Source of the DNA: Dicyema japonicum
Taxonomy: Eukaryota; Animalia; Dicyemida
Direction of reading: 5' to 3'
DNA length: 64,000 bases
Assembly (NCBI GenBank): GCA_011109175.1
Contig: RDEW01000034.1
Location: forward strand, 314,331-378,330
Of the stretch, positions 26,626 through 38,854 are shown piece after piece. Below the pieces are notes generated by a model. That model saw only the letters and a list, made by a program, of their open reading frames with translations. It was not told the DNA's origin and ran no database searches. The translations under genes were made by a program, and so were the position numbers. How positions within the stretch are numbered: position 1 is the first letter of the stretch; the number at the start of each line of letters is the position of its first letter.

Positions 26626-27446
26626 ACCTTTCCAGTTGAGCGGGAGAGAGCGAATGATTTTCTTAGTCCCAACCAGTACTGGAATAACTTAGGAGATGGA
26701 TTGTATGAATAAGACTACTGGATGATTCTACAATGATATAGATCATGTTTTTGTTGCTTAAAGTGAAATTTTTGTATAGTGTGTATTCACTTAAGTCTTA
26801 GCGAATCTTCTGGTTATTTGAGTGAATCTCACTCGCCAGGGCGGCCGCAGTCCGGCCATTTGTTTATTATATTTTGCATTAATAAATAATTTATTGACTT
26901 AATTTTTTATTCACTGAATAAAGAAAAATTAGCCGGGTGGCGTAGTGGTTAGGTGTCGGGCTTAAGTGGCTTAGGCTACGTGTTCGAATCTCGCTGCTGT
27001 TCACCTGGTGGAAGGTTCCACGCATCTACGATGCAGAAATGGTTTGACGAGTGACGCCGTCATCAGTGAATACTCACTGCGGAACTGGATTTGTCTAAAA
27101 AGGACACTCACACAAGAAAAAGAAAAAAAAGAAGTGAAGATCATTCCTTGGTTCTACGATTAGTTAAAATTAACTGTTCTTTACTTAAATAAAGTGTGTG
27201 TCCTGCCTATGCGGAGCTATAAAATACTATGGCTCTCGTGAAAAGGCTTAAAAAAATTAGAAAAATTATCAAAGAAAATGAAATTATCCATTAGTTTACT
27301 ATTCTGGACAATACGTTGCGGATACTTTGAAAGATATGATATGTGCAATCTTCATTTGAAATGATTTGTTTAATTCACCACCCATATTTTAAAAATTAGT
27401 CGATTAACTAAATTTTAGTGATTAACAAAGTAAAAGAGTAAATTTT
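26626..27446 (+). repeat. ~500-bp segment duplicated at 32387-32887 (CRE 3' end + AT-rich flank); this copy carries a SINE insertion
   Basis: Direct high-identity alignment on both sides of the SINE. Confidence 0.9.
26933..27251 (+). mobile_element. Full-length tRNA-derived SINE (~319 bp) with 9-bp TSD
   Basis: A box TGGCGTAGTGG at 26938-26948 and B box GTTCGAATC at 26982-26990. TSD aaaaattag at 26924-26932 and 27252-27260. Absent from the paralogous site near 32690. Confidence 0.9.
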
Positions 27447-28200
27447 AAATGGAGTCCGTCACGGATCCCCACTATCCCCAGCCTTTTTCAATCTATACAT
27501 AAACGACATGGCACAAACCTGTAATGAAAACAGACTAATCTTCCCCGATGCCGATGATATTATAATTGCCTCCAAGGACAGAAGCATTCAATCAGCGACT
27601 CAGTACGCTCAACAAATTCTTGAAAAGTTGGAACTAATTCTCTCGAAGATGCGAATCGACGCATCAGCAACAAAGCCTTCTGTCACGCTGTTTACCACTT
27701 AAAAAAGACAGCTCTGTGTAAAACCTAAATTCTTTATGAAGAACGAGGCAATTCCTATCAACAAAACATCGAAAATACTTGGATTCACATTTGATCAGGG
27801 ACTGACCTTTATCCGACATGTTGAGAACATAGTATCTTTTTCTCTGAAGAAAATAAGAATTTTAAAAGTGCTCTCAAAAACACTTAGAGACCAAACTGGT
27901 GGCCTTGCAACGATTTATGAACAACTTATCCGACCATGATGACGAATGCAAGTTCTCTGTGGACAATGCAGATTTCACGATTCTCCTCATTGAAACTATC
28001 TGCATTCGAGGATACCGCAATAAAGATAATTGGACAAGAAAAATCCAGCCCATTGAAATTCTCTAAATCGAATTACAACAGGAATTTTTAAAGGAGGCTA
28101 GTTTACCAAACTACCCTCTATTCCATACACAATCGAAATATTTACAATCATACAAAAATTTTGAGCCGATGCCATATCTAATGAGAAGGGCTGTTCAGGA
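27447..28200 (+). mobile_element. Ingi/I-like RT remnant
   Basis: NGVRHGSPLSPAFFNLYINDM...DADDI and SKILGFTFDQGLTFIRHV. Confidence 0.8.
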
Positions 28201-28429
28201 TTTTCGACCATGCTGGACTCGTCTTCTGGGATCACTTAGTTAGTTGAGAACTTTTTATTTCTTTTCTTTGACCAACTGATCTTAGACGTAATAATTATAA
28301 TTATGTCTCCGGTGGAATAAAAAGATGGATTTGTTTTTCTATCATATTACTTGATTGTTTTGACAAATCATCGCTAAACCACCTGTGTGGATAGCCTCTC
28401 TCCTTCCAACCTTATTATGACAACAACTA

Positions 28430-28630
28430 TCCCAGGCTCTGCTTCGCAGAAGGCTGAAACCCTATAGCTGAAGAAATACTATATCTCGGTGGATAGTTCA
28501 TTTTTGACCAGTAGCCGTGGAAACGTCGAAATTTAAAGGAAGTAGGTCGTTGATTCTGCTAGATAGAATCAGATCTCTTGTCGCTGATAAATTCTAGGTC
28601 AATTTAAGCAAAATCGATTGTTATAATTTA
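28430..28630 (+). mobile_element. CRE RLE remnant
   Basis: ASQKAETL*LKKY followed by a degenerate AVETS motif. Confidence 0.45.
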
Positions 28631-29199
28631 TATAGAAGGTTGCTCAATATCGATATCATTGACATAAGCAATCTTAAAAAAGTTTTGAGGCCCTATGACT
28701 TCACTCGTCTTGGCGACAACAGTCTGCTTATAAAATCTGGTTAGACGCTTTTGTAATAGATTATTTAAGTTCTCTAACTCTAAATATATGTATGCCGATG
28801 CCACATTGTGAATCAGACTTTTCAAGAGAGAATAAAAAAACTATGATCCTGTCTGGGCGCATTCCATAATCACGATGTCAGAAAAAAAGTTGAAAATGCA
28901 ATAGACCATGACTACTTAAGAGACAAAACAAGAAAAGAGAAACTTGAAAGAGAATAATTACGAAATTATTATAAACGTGCTTGGAGATTTTAAAATAAAA
29001 AAACAACGAGAAAATTAATTGCATTTAAAAAATAGGAATATATTCATTTGGTCTTATTATATTTCGGCATTTTTGACAAATGTGATGACTCCAATTATTG
29101 TAAGTGTTAGAACAGATAGCATAATTCCTATAATTATAAAAATTTTTGAATGATTAGAATTTGTATTTTTTTCAGGAGTTACTTCTTCAAAACACTCTG

Positions 29200-30030
29200 A
29201 CTCTAAAATTCAGGAAAAATCAAACCTTTTCCAGTATAATGGGATTTAAAATCACTCCGAATAATTTGTGCCTTAAATGATGAAAATTCAGCATATATGT
29301 CATCAGAAAATTTAGTGAGAGACAATTTTAAGTTACAGGAATTTCCAACATCAATCAATTTGCTCTTATTAGGACTCCAAGACCCATTATAGATTTTATT
29401 GATGACTATTTGAATATTGGAGATATAATATTTGTTTTGAGACAAAATAAATGTATAAAGTATTTCTAAATAATTCCCCTTAAGAGATAACTCAACACTA
29501 TTGTTATCAAAATTAATCTTCGAATCCAGATTCTCGTAAACTAATGACAAATTATCAAACTAATATTAAATTATACAATTTACCATTTTAACAGTGTGAT
29601 CATAAAAAAGTGTGATTCTAAAATTTCCACTTAATATTCCTTTCAGTCGATTTTCCTCAATAAAATACCAATATTGAAGATTTGGATCGTTTGCTGGATC
29701 ACAGTCATGTGCTAAATTAAATTATGTCAAACCTTTTCCAATAAAATATGGATATGATTGTTTATTGTAGTATTTATCACCAAAGAATATAATGTGAGAG
29801 TATTACCATTCCCAAAACTTACGGACATATATCCGCATCTGTAATATTTTCCATGTTTAATATTTGGAAGATTTGTTGTATTTGTGTAGGTTTTATTATC
29901 TTTGAGTGTTAACTATTAAATACTAGAATTTAATTCTATTTGTATTGAGATGTTGTAAAATTTGTCTGAGAATTCAATAAAAAATTGGTACATCAAGTAC
30001 TTTGTTTTTATTGTAATTGGCATTTTATCA
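29200..30030 (-). other. Unidentified micro-intron-containing gene or remnant
   Basis: Open frames linked by candidate 21-24-nt GT-AG introns into ORF 29203-29550. One junction needs a frameshift; no family recognised. Confidence 0.3.
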
Positions 30031-30879
30031 TAAAAGTAGTGAGAAATAGTTTCAATTGAATAATTGTTTTTCTACCATTATTATTTATAAAATACATTTG
30101 TAAGTGTACTTTTCAATAAACTTTTTACATATACCGACATTCGATTTTTAAAGTTGAAATTCGTGATTGAGGACAAAAATATTAACAACAACATAAATAT
30201 GTAAAATGAACACCTCGATGTGTATAATTTAAGTCACTTGTTATATTAATGAATTTTTTTTTAATAATTTGAAACAAATGATATTTATTTTAATTTTATA
30301 ATTATATTTATTTTCATGAATTCATTGATCAAGAAAGTCCTATTCATACTGCAATGTTAACCGTCTTTAATAATTTCATGGTATTTTATCGAAATCCACA
30401 ATAAGTCCTTCTGTTTTGGAGGAATCTTTAATGATCGAAGGAAAACTTAATCAGCGATATTCGTAAATTATCAAAATAACTATTTTATGACAGAATCGAA
30501 TAAATATTTGTTGCCAATTGAGTTAATATATCTTTAAATTGAAAACGTATTTTCTTTAAATCGTTAAGAGAAATGGGATCTCAATTATGAGACTGGCCAC
30601 TAGTTGTTTACTGTTTGTTTTTGTATTAAAACGTTTTTATTCAAAAAAAGATTAATGCTAGGAGAATAATCTGAAGTGAATTGAATATAAAAAGTTAAAC
30701 CAGCATTAACAAATAATACAGATGTTCATTAATAGGTGGCATAAAAGGAATTTATACACAAATCGTTAATTCATACACGAATTCATTATTAAATTTTTGT
30801 TGTTTTTATGTGCTTCAAGTGGATAGGATAAGATAGTAAATTGGTTAATTGGTCGGACCTCCATTCCACTAATTGTCTC

Positions 30880-31600
30880 TTAATACCTACTATGTCTCCC
30901 GTGGAATGATTATTTCGATGTGTTTTTCTCAAATCTTCGTATTCTTATCTTAGCAAATCAGCCTAATCCGCTTTATCTCCAAGATTGCTGAGAGAATTAT
31001 CTTCAAGAGACTAAACGAACACATAGAAGAGAGCTGTTTCCTCCTCGCTGAACAATGTGGCTTCAGACCCTGAAAATCCTGAACGGATTGTCTCCATTAC
31101 ATGCATTCGATGGTACTGAGAGGCCTGGAATTCAAGAGGCGAACCTGATGTGTTTGGACCTGTCCAAGCCTTCGATAGCGTGTGGCATGAATCCCTCCTG
31201 ACAAGGCTAGCGGCTGCTAGCATCCAAAAGAAACTCTACACATGGATAAAAGACTTCTCAACACGACGTACATTCCGAGTACGTGTTGGGGCATATATAT
31301 CAAAGGATATCCTATGGAAAATGGGCGTTCCACAAGGCTCTATCTTGAGCCCGCTTCTGTCTAAGGTGTTTCATTCTCATTTCCCTACTCCGCCGGATGC
31401 AAACACCAAACTGATAATTTACGCAGATGATATTCTGATTACGGATACGTCGAAGAAGTCAATTCTATCTGAAAGAAAAATCAAGTCATTCATTGACCAA
31501 GTGCAAGATCGGTGCTCCAAGAGAGGGATGAGACTCTTTACTGACAAGTCCAGATACTTGAGAGTTAGTCGTCTACGGAGACATCGTACGCAGCCCTAAT
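30880..31600 (+). mobile_element. Jockey/I-group RT remnant
   Basis: SKIAERII...EQCGFRP, FDSVWHESLL, GVPQGSILSPLL and YADDI. Confidence 0.85.
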
Positions 31601-32029
31601 CGCTTTGTATTCCAAAAGTAAATTAACTCCGCTACCTCGGGATAGTTATCGATGGAGGAGGTTCTTTCTAGACGACGTACTCCCAACTCATTCCGTCAGT
31701 TCTGTGTTCGACAATAAAACTTCTATCTACCTGACAGAATCCCTATTAAGGAATCCCCGCAAAACATCGATAAGCTTACCTAGACCAATTATGTCAAAAA
31801 TTCTCGACATGTCGATCCCCAAAATTGTAGTCGCACTCTCAAATTTTGATAAGTGGCACAACGCCACCTATGCCCCCAGACAACATTAGCGGTAGATCTG
31901 CCTGTCCTGAATCTACTGTGGCTCGATGACAGGAATTCATTCACATGCTTTGCACACGATCCAGCACCACTAGAGCAAAAACTTATCTTAGCGTATTGAG
32001 TAGGATGACTGGGCACATGTTTTTCACAA

Positions 32030-32385
32030 GGCCCGTCCTTTTATTCGGTTTTTAATCGGCACCAGAATTCCTTTGACAAACGGAGGAAGGTGGCCACGAT
32101 TTCCCCAGGGTTTTGGGGCCGTAATTTAGCACTTATGCTATCCGGTCCTGACGAGCGATTGCACTTCAGTCTCTCAATCGCTTTCATTACTTCTCCCACC
32201 GTGATTTCATTTAAAAAGATTTCCTGCATTACTAGTGATTAGGTCCACCTTTTCTCCGTCAACGTCAAAGAGTCGTTCAAAATGAGCAGCAATAAGTTCG
32301 GCTTGTTCCGTAGCGTCAAAAATCATATTCCTTTGTTATCTTGAATTTGTAGTTTGCCCTTTTGGTTCCTCCTCTTAAGTGAAAG
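32030..32385 (-). mobile_element. APE-type retrotransposon pre-RT remnant
   Basis: ITVGEVMKAIERLKCNRSSGPDSIS. Confidence 0.65.
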
Positions 32386-32386
32386 A

Positions 32387-32887
32387 ACCTCTCCAGTTGA
32401 GCGGGAGAGAGCGAATGATTTTTCTTCGTCCCAACCAGCACTGGAATAACTTAGGGAGATGGATTGCATGAATAAGACTACTGGATGATTCTACAATGAT
32501 ATAAATCATGTTTTTGTTGCTTAAAGTGAAATTTTTGTATAGTGTGTATTCACTTAAGTCTTAGCGAATCTTCTGGCTATTTGAGTGAATCTCACTCGCC
32601 AGGGAGGCCGCAGTTCGACCATTTGTTTATTTTATTTTGCATTAATAAATAATTTATTTACTTAATTTTTTATTTACTGAATAAAGAAAAATTAGAAAAA
32701 TTAGAAAAGAAAATGAAATTATCCATTAGTTTACTAATTCTGGACAATACGTTACGGATACGTTGAAAAACCCTACATATGGATATGTGCAATCTTCATT
32801 TGAAATGATTGTTCATGTCACCACCAATATTTTAAAAATTAGTCGATTAATAAATTTTAATGATTAACAAAGTAAAGAGTAAATTTT
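32387..32887 (+). repeat. SINE-free paralogue of 26626-27446
   Basis: Single aaaaattag-aaaaattag junction where the other copy has the SINE. Confidence 0.9.
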
Positions 32888-32929
32888 CCAATTACGGATT
32901 TTAAAAACATGTCTGAACTCTTGGATGGA

Positions 32930-34520
32930 CTCTCGATGTTGAAGAGTTCAACTTTTCTTCTTTTATTGGAACAGAGAATGACAAAATTTTGCAAGAAATG
33001 TGGTGGGAATTGTGGTTATCAAAGATTATTGATTTGAAAGTCCACCTGATATGAAGGAATTCATTTCGATTATTAATTTTTATACTTCAAGGCAGGTCTT
33101 GCAAACCACGTAACTGATTTATTTTCTCTTAGCATCTGGAACTTACTATAAAGATAAAAAACCTGAACTTGCATTAAAATTGGGAGAATTGGATAAATCT
33201 GGAATTATATGTCTTTGGAGTTGATCCACCAAGATTCCTTAATTGTGGTAGAGATTGATTTGAATTAAATTTAACAAAATCCAAGGGAAGTATTCTCGAG
33301 GATTTGGAACTACTGGATTACTTGAATAAAATAAAGAGCAGTATTCAAATCATTAGAAAATCATTAAGCCAGTCCAAGCAATTTCATCAGGTCTAATCAA
33401 AAGAGAGGTCGATTTTCACGGAATTTCCAGAATTTGGCGTATCGGTTTATTTCCCAATGGACGAGCTTTATAAACTGAATAATACGTATTCTTTCAGTTT
33501 AAACGCATTTCTTTATCCAGAAATCTCTTCATCGTGTTCTGTACTCTTTCATTAACCATTTCTAGAGAAACTAAAAAGGCTCTGATGAATATAATCAGCT
33601 TTATAGCCATATCAGGAATTATTGTCGGAGACATTGAACATGTCTTCACTATACGATGATGACAGTTTGACATTTGGATTATATTTCGTGCACTTAGTTC
33701 ATCCACAATTGTTCGGAAACTCGGTAAGACGCGTGTTTTAGCGTTTATTAAGGAATGGGAGATGTTTAATCAGATTGTGGATAGTTTTAAGACTCTGGAG
33801 GCAGCAAAAGTTCAAGTTGGATTATAGAAGGCCGTCGATTAAAACATTGAAAGTATTCTGAAATAGGAAAAAATAGGAAAATTTACCTGAATTTTACTCC
33901 TGCTTGAAATTGGAGAATGAAGGACTGTGGAATCGTCACAATGTGAAAATGAGTTCCCCAGCCTCAAGAAAATCTCATCCTTCCAAAAATGCTTACTAAT
34001 TCAATCTCTCAGACCTGATCTCTTCAAACTGCCTTCAATGGATTTGTCTTTCTTCCATCTTTTTAACTTACAAAATATTTCAGGGATCCCTGATTTATCG
34101 TCTGGCATTATGATGTTAGCGAAATATATGAGCAGGTCACCACGTCGACCAGCCATTCATTATTTATAATATCTCCGGGATCTGATCCTTCTTTGGAACT
34201 CCTGGAATTGGGAATTACCACCAGGTTTGTCTGTGGTGAACTAATTGGCTAGATTCCGTTGGCACAAGGGCAGTGTGAAATTGCAGTGACTTGCTTACAC
34301 AAGTAGTCTAAAAGCGGAGATTGGGCATGCCTCAAAAATCTTGATCTTGTAACTCAATGGTTGCCTCTTTAGAGAAGGTATTACATTTTGAGAATTAACA
34401 GGAGCTCACATCTCTGAAGAATGAAATTCAGATTTTCGTATTTTTATAATAATAAATATTTATTAACAAAAAGTTAAGGAGTTTTCTGGAAGGTATTACA
34501 TCAGAGACTTGGACTCCACA
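32930..34520 (+). pseudogene. DYNC2H1: Cytoplasmic dynein-2 heavy chain fragment (AAA5-AAA6 region), decayed, retaining introns
   Basis: LTKSKGSILED, YFPMDELYKLNNTYSFSLNAFL, HPQLFGNSEW, SQCENEFPS, IQSLRPD, IISPGSDPS, LAQGQ and GDWACLKNL are collinear with DYNC2H1. Introns at 33110-33132, 33724-33752 and 34378-34401; stops, frameshifts and deletions. Confidence 0.8.
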
Positions 34521-34984
34521 CCTGGACCCTTCCTCATTTTTAAAATTTTTTTCAGAACGTTTCTTCCAGTTTTATATATTTGTGCTGGATCTTTGATATC
34601 CTCCTGAAACCATTGATCTGATCCTCCACAATCCTACTGATCGGTTCTAACAGCTTGTCGTTTTCGCCTAGACAGTCTCTCAGTTTCTTATCTAAGGAGA
34701 GCTTAATTGCAGCTCTCCTTGACTTCTCTAAAGGGATAAGATCTTTTTGGAGAGAAGAACCACCCCTCGACCCATAGTAGGCTAGGGAGAATAACTCCCT
34801 TGAAGATGAACAGGTAGGTTTCACGACTAACGTGTAACTTTTGTGTACATAAGAGCGACTGAAAAAATTTCTTCCTCCTCTCCCTTTATGAATTCTTAAT
34901 CTCCTACGTGTCCATAGTCGACTCTCAGGTAGCACAGACTGCGTTCATTGTTCACCCCCAGTGGTATTCTTTTTTCAGATGAGT

Positions 34985-36411
34985 TAAAACATGAAAGATT
35001 TCTAGCAATATTTGGTTAAGATATAGTCATTAGAAAAACTGGTGGAGGTCTATCGCGGTTCTGATGTCCAAATCGATTGTCGAAGGTGGGTCAGGGGCAA
35101 AATTCTAGCTGTTTCTCTTAGAAATTTCTCTTAGGATAGCCGGCGCTCGAGACTAGTTTCATATGTTAAAGCAAGTGATTAGAGGATTTGTGCTTATGCG
35201 GGTGAAACTATTCTCGAACACTAAACGTGTGAGAAGTGTGACTAACCTGAGTGTATTCATACGTAAAATAAGGGTTCCAAATGGGTCAGTAATGCTCATC
35301 ATTACTGCGCTGTGGGATGAACCAAACGCCTGGTTAAGGTGCTTAATTATACGCACACATGATGCCATAAAAAGTGTCAGTTGATTATGATAACAGGAAA
35401 GTGGCCTTAGGAGTAGGAAGCGTCTAAGGAGTGTGTAATAGCTAACCAGTTGAATTAATTGGACTTGAAAATGGATGGAGCTGTGGCGTCTGATCTATAC
35501 CGGGCCGTTGTGGCAATATAAGTGTTACTTGCTAGAGCGTGGAGGTAGCGCAGAAAGCCATGTGAGTACTGTGGAGTTGCTCCAGTACAGATCTTGGTGT
35601 TAGTAGCAATTACTCAAATGGGATCTTTGAGGCCTATGTAGAGAAGGGTTTTATGTGAACATTAGTTGGACATAGTTAGTGTCCAAAGCATGTTGAAAGT
35701 CATTTGAAATAACTGTTTAAGCCAAAGTGCGAAAGGAAATGGGTTAATATCCCCGAACCTGAGCTGGCTGTTTATGCGTGACGCTTTTGTCAAAGACGGA
35801 AGGCATTCGGGGAAAGTTGTTTTTTCCTTTAAAGGGTCGATTTCTCTAGAAATGGTTTAGCAAGCTAGAGAGAAGTTGTTGGTCATAGAGACCTTATCCG
35901 CAAAGGATAAAAGTTTCTGCCGTGTCCGATGCATGTGAGTCGTTTCATAAACTCCTGTAACAGTTTAAAGTCACTTGGGTCGTACCAATAACCGCACAGG
36001 TCTCCAAGTTAGCGGCTCTGGTGAATAGATAAACGCTGATAAGGGAAGTCGGCAAAATAGATCTTTACCTTGTAGAAGGAATGGCTCTATAGGTTGAGCC
36101 TATATTCTCTATTTCTGTTGTGATAGCTTGATGTTGCTTGATATAGAGGGTAAGGCATTAAACAACCAAAGTAAACTCGATAGCCGTTGACGGTTATGAC
36201 GCGTGTGATTTCCCCAGTGCCCTGAATGTCAGTGTGAAGAGATTCACTTAAGCACGAGTAAATGGCAGGAGTAACTATGAGTCTCTTAAGGTAGCCAAAT
36301 ACTCTTAATTTAATTGATGACGCGCATGAATGGATGGACGAGATTCCCACTGTCCTAATCAGCACTCTAGCGAAACCATATCCGGGGTAACGGCCCAGGA
36401 GAATCAGCGGG
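34985..36411 (+). rRNA. Isolated, highly divergent LSU (28S) rRNA fragment, probably a pseudogene
   Basis: Conserved blocks in order: ctggtggaggtc, ctgtgggatgaacc, gaaaatggatgg, cagatcttggt, aagggaagtcggcaa, cttaaggtagccaaat, gacgcgcatgaatggat, gaatcagcggg. Flanked by non-rRNA sequence. The conserved agactaatcgaacc segment is missing near 35100. Confidence 0.85.
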
Positions 36412-38018
36412 TAGAGTCTTTTTATGGCCATGGAACAAATTTATAACTTCTTAGTTCCTTACTGCAGTTGTGACTCAAAAATACTTATGAGGTCCACGTG
36501 ATGATTTTCGTAGGTTCCGCCAGGAATGAGGAATAACACGGTGCTGTGTATCAGCTCTTTTCCACGTGGTTATATCTCACACATAAAACCCCCTCGTTCG
36601 TTTGCCATTTTAGCCTTGATAACCTTGCACACTGTTCTCCGAGAAAGACAGAGATTTATTCCTTAGGGATGGGACACATTCTGCGAATTCTTATATTCTG
36701 ACTTTAAAATTAGCTGTGATGTTGTTGAACGAACGACCTGTTTTGCTTAGGGTCGCTGTTTTTTACATTTTCAGATTCTGGTAATGTTCTGTGTGAGTTT
36801 ATTCACAGAAAATTAGTTGTCGTTTACGGAGGTAGAATTGACAATTTGTTAGACTTGAAGATATTGAAACATTGTATTCTAACATATTATGACCCATGTG
36901 TCCTCTCTTCTCGTGGAGACAAAAATTGGGTACTCTAATGATTAAGAACCAATGCTCCTTTTCGGTTATGCTCTATTAGTATTATAATTAAGGAATTAGT
37001 TAAAGCTATAGACAATTAACCCGACGTTGAAACTCCTCAAATCCTGGTTTGGCCGAAAACGTGGATAAAGTCATGCAGAACTTTAAAAACACGGAAGATA
37101 TTGAACTAAATAGACATCTGTATTGCATATCTAATGTTTCCTAAGTATTACAGGTTAAAAACAGGGGTATAGATCCCCAATATTTTGCTCGAAAGTAATC
37201 TCCCTAGTTCAACTTATTATGCGAAAGGATAACAGTGACTCTCATTACTCCGACATGAATCTCAGAAACATCATAAAAACCCTGGAACACGAAGATCCTT
37301 TTGGGTTTACACGTACAATTTATATCTCTAATATGAAACAACGAACATCCATGAGGCAAATTGAGATGTTCTCCTTGTAATAGTAGTACCCTCTTTATAT
37401 TTTATTTAAATACAACCATGAAGCACCAGGAAAAATGGTAACAGTAACCGTTCTAGTGATGCGATCCAGGTTCCTCTTATCGCCCTTGCTATTTCCATCC
37501 TGTGTTCATCGATGGACCGAACCAAGGCGGATGTATCTCTGCTTGTGTCTATACAGGAGGTAGATGGACGGAATGGATAGCTGGGTTCAAATTTTATGTG
37601 ATACGAAATTTTGGGGTAACTTTGCCAAATCAAATTTACATCCAAGAAGGACAAAAGCTGTAGTTAGGATGCCATGCATAAAACAATACTATTTATTCTG
37701 CGTCCTAAATTCCCATAATGGAGACTTGTCATTATTTATTTATTACCGCGTTCGAGGCGACACACTAAACATTTTTTAACAAAATTTATTCCAAAGACCA
37801 AGGGTAACCAAACTAACTAACACCTTAATCCTTGATTTTTTTAATTATAATTTTTATTTATTTATTATTTATTATCCTCAGTTTCGCCCCGATGGCACTT
37901 GGAATTCCATTTATCGACTCAAAATAAGATCAACGGAACACAGGATAAAGTACGACACTTGGGAACTCCCTTTCCTAAAAAATGAAGAACATTTAGGTTT
38001 TCCATAAGCATTCTCTNT

Positions 38019-38295
38019 CGAATGTCGATACTGCACATGTCGGTTGAAGGTTCCACGCATCAATATGCTTTGGCTTGACGAGTGACGCCTTTATCAGTGA
38101 ACTTCATTGCGGATCCATATCGTCTATAAAGGACATACACCCAAGAAAAAGAAAAAAAACTGAAGAGCACTCCTTGATCCTTCATCGATTGCTATTATAA
38201 CTGTTCTTTGCTTAAAATGAAGTGTGTGTTCTGCCCGTGGGGAGCGATAGCTGTTATGGCTCCTCCGAAAGTGCGAATATTATTTATTATTATGT
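38019..38295 (+). mobile_element. tRNA-SINE copy, 5'-truncated
   Basis: ggttccacgcatc...ttgacgagtgacgcc...A-tract...3' module all match 26933-27251. Confidence 0.8.
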
Positions 38296-38854
38296 CGAGA
38301 GTGGTTTCCTGGCGAGCTGAGTTGATTCCAGAAGTCGTCGACAGAGACCGAAAATTCTCCCTGTGGAATGAATAGATAGACCTTTTTAAATACCGGCCAG
38401 ACATTCGGCGTCTTCAGACATTTAATGGATTGTGAACTGAATTTTTTTGGTTTTATTCATAAACTATTAAGTCTTCTAAAAGACCTCGATTTGTCTAGAG
38501 TGGTTAAGTATATGACACATTCTTATATAATTTTTTGGAGCAACAAAAAAATAAATACACCTATTCAACTTTTGGACCCTAAGACAACTTTTTAACGACG
38601 TCTTCTCCAGAAGAATCGAATGAAATCATTTTGTTAAATTTCATGATTTTTTATATATGAAAATTACTTTATATATTGTCACCCCTCGTACGTTGAGCTC
38701 CATCTATTTTTACACATTTTTCATTACTCTATTTTCTTTATTCAAATATGCCAATTTCTTCAATGGGATTCGATGGTTTCTATTGCTATTATTATATTAC
38801 TTAACTTTATTTAACCAACAATAACAATTTAATATTTAATAATCAACAACTTTC

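Noticed and set aside
26933-27005. Functional tRNA gene
   Set aside because: No proper acceptor stem or cloverleaf; it continues into a repeated body and is flanked by a TSD.
27040-27100. Hammerhead ribozyme in the SINE core (TGACGAG...CGGAAC...GTC)
   Set aside because: No stem I pairing, core bases deviate in most copies, and the GTC is better explained by a conserved gtc/gac hairpin.
35159-36431. ORFs over the rRNA fragment
   Set aside because: Spurious frames in rRNA-derived sequence.
36480-36800. Tc1-like transposase HTH remnant
   Set aside because: A single weak motif (LSRRTVCKVIK); no DDE domain or TIR seen.
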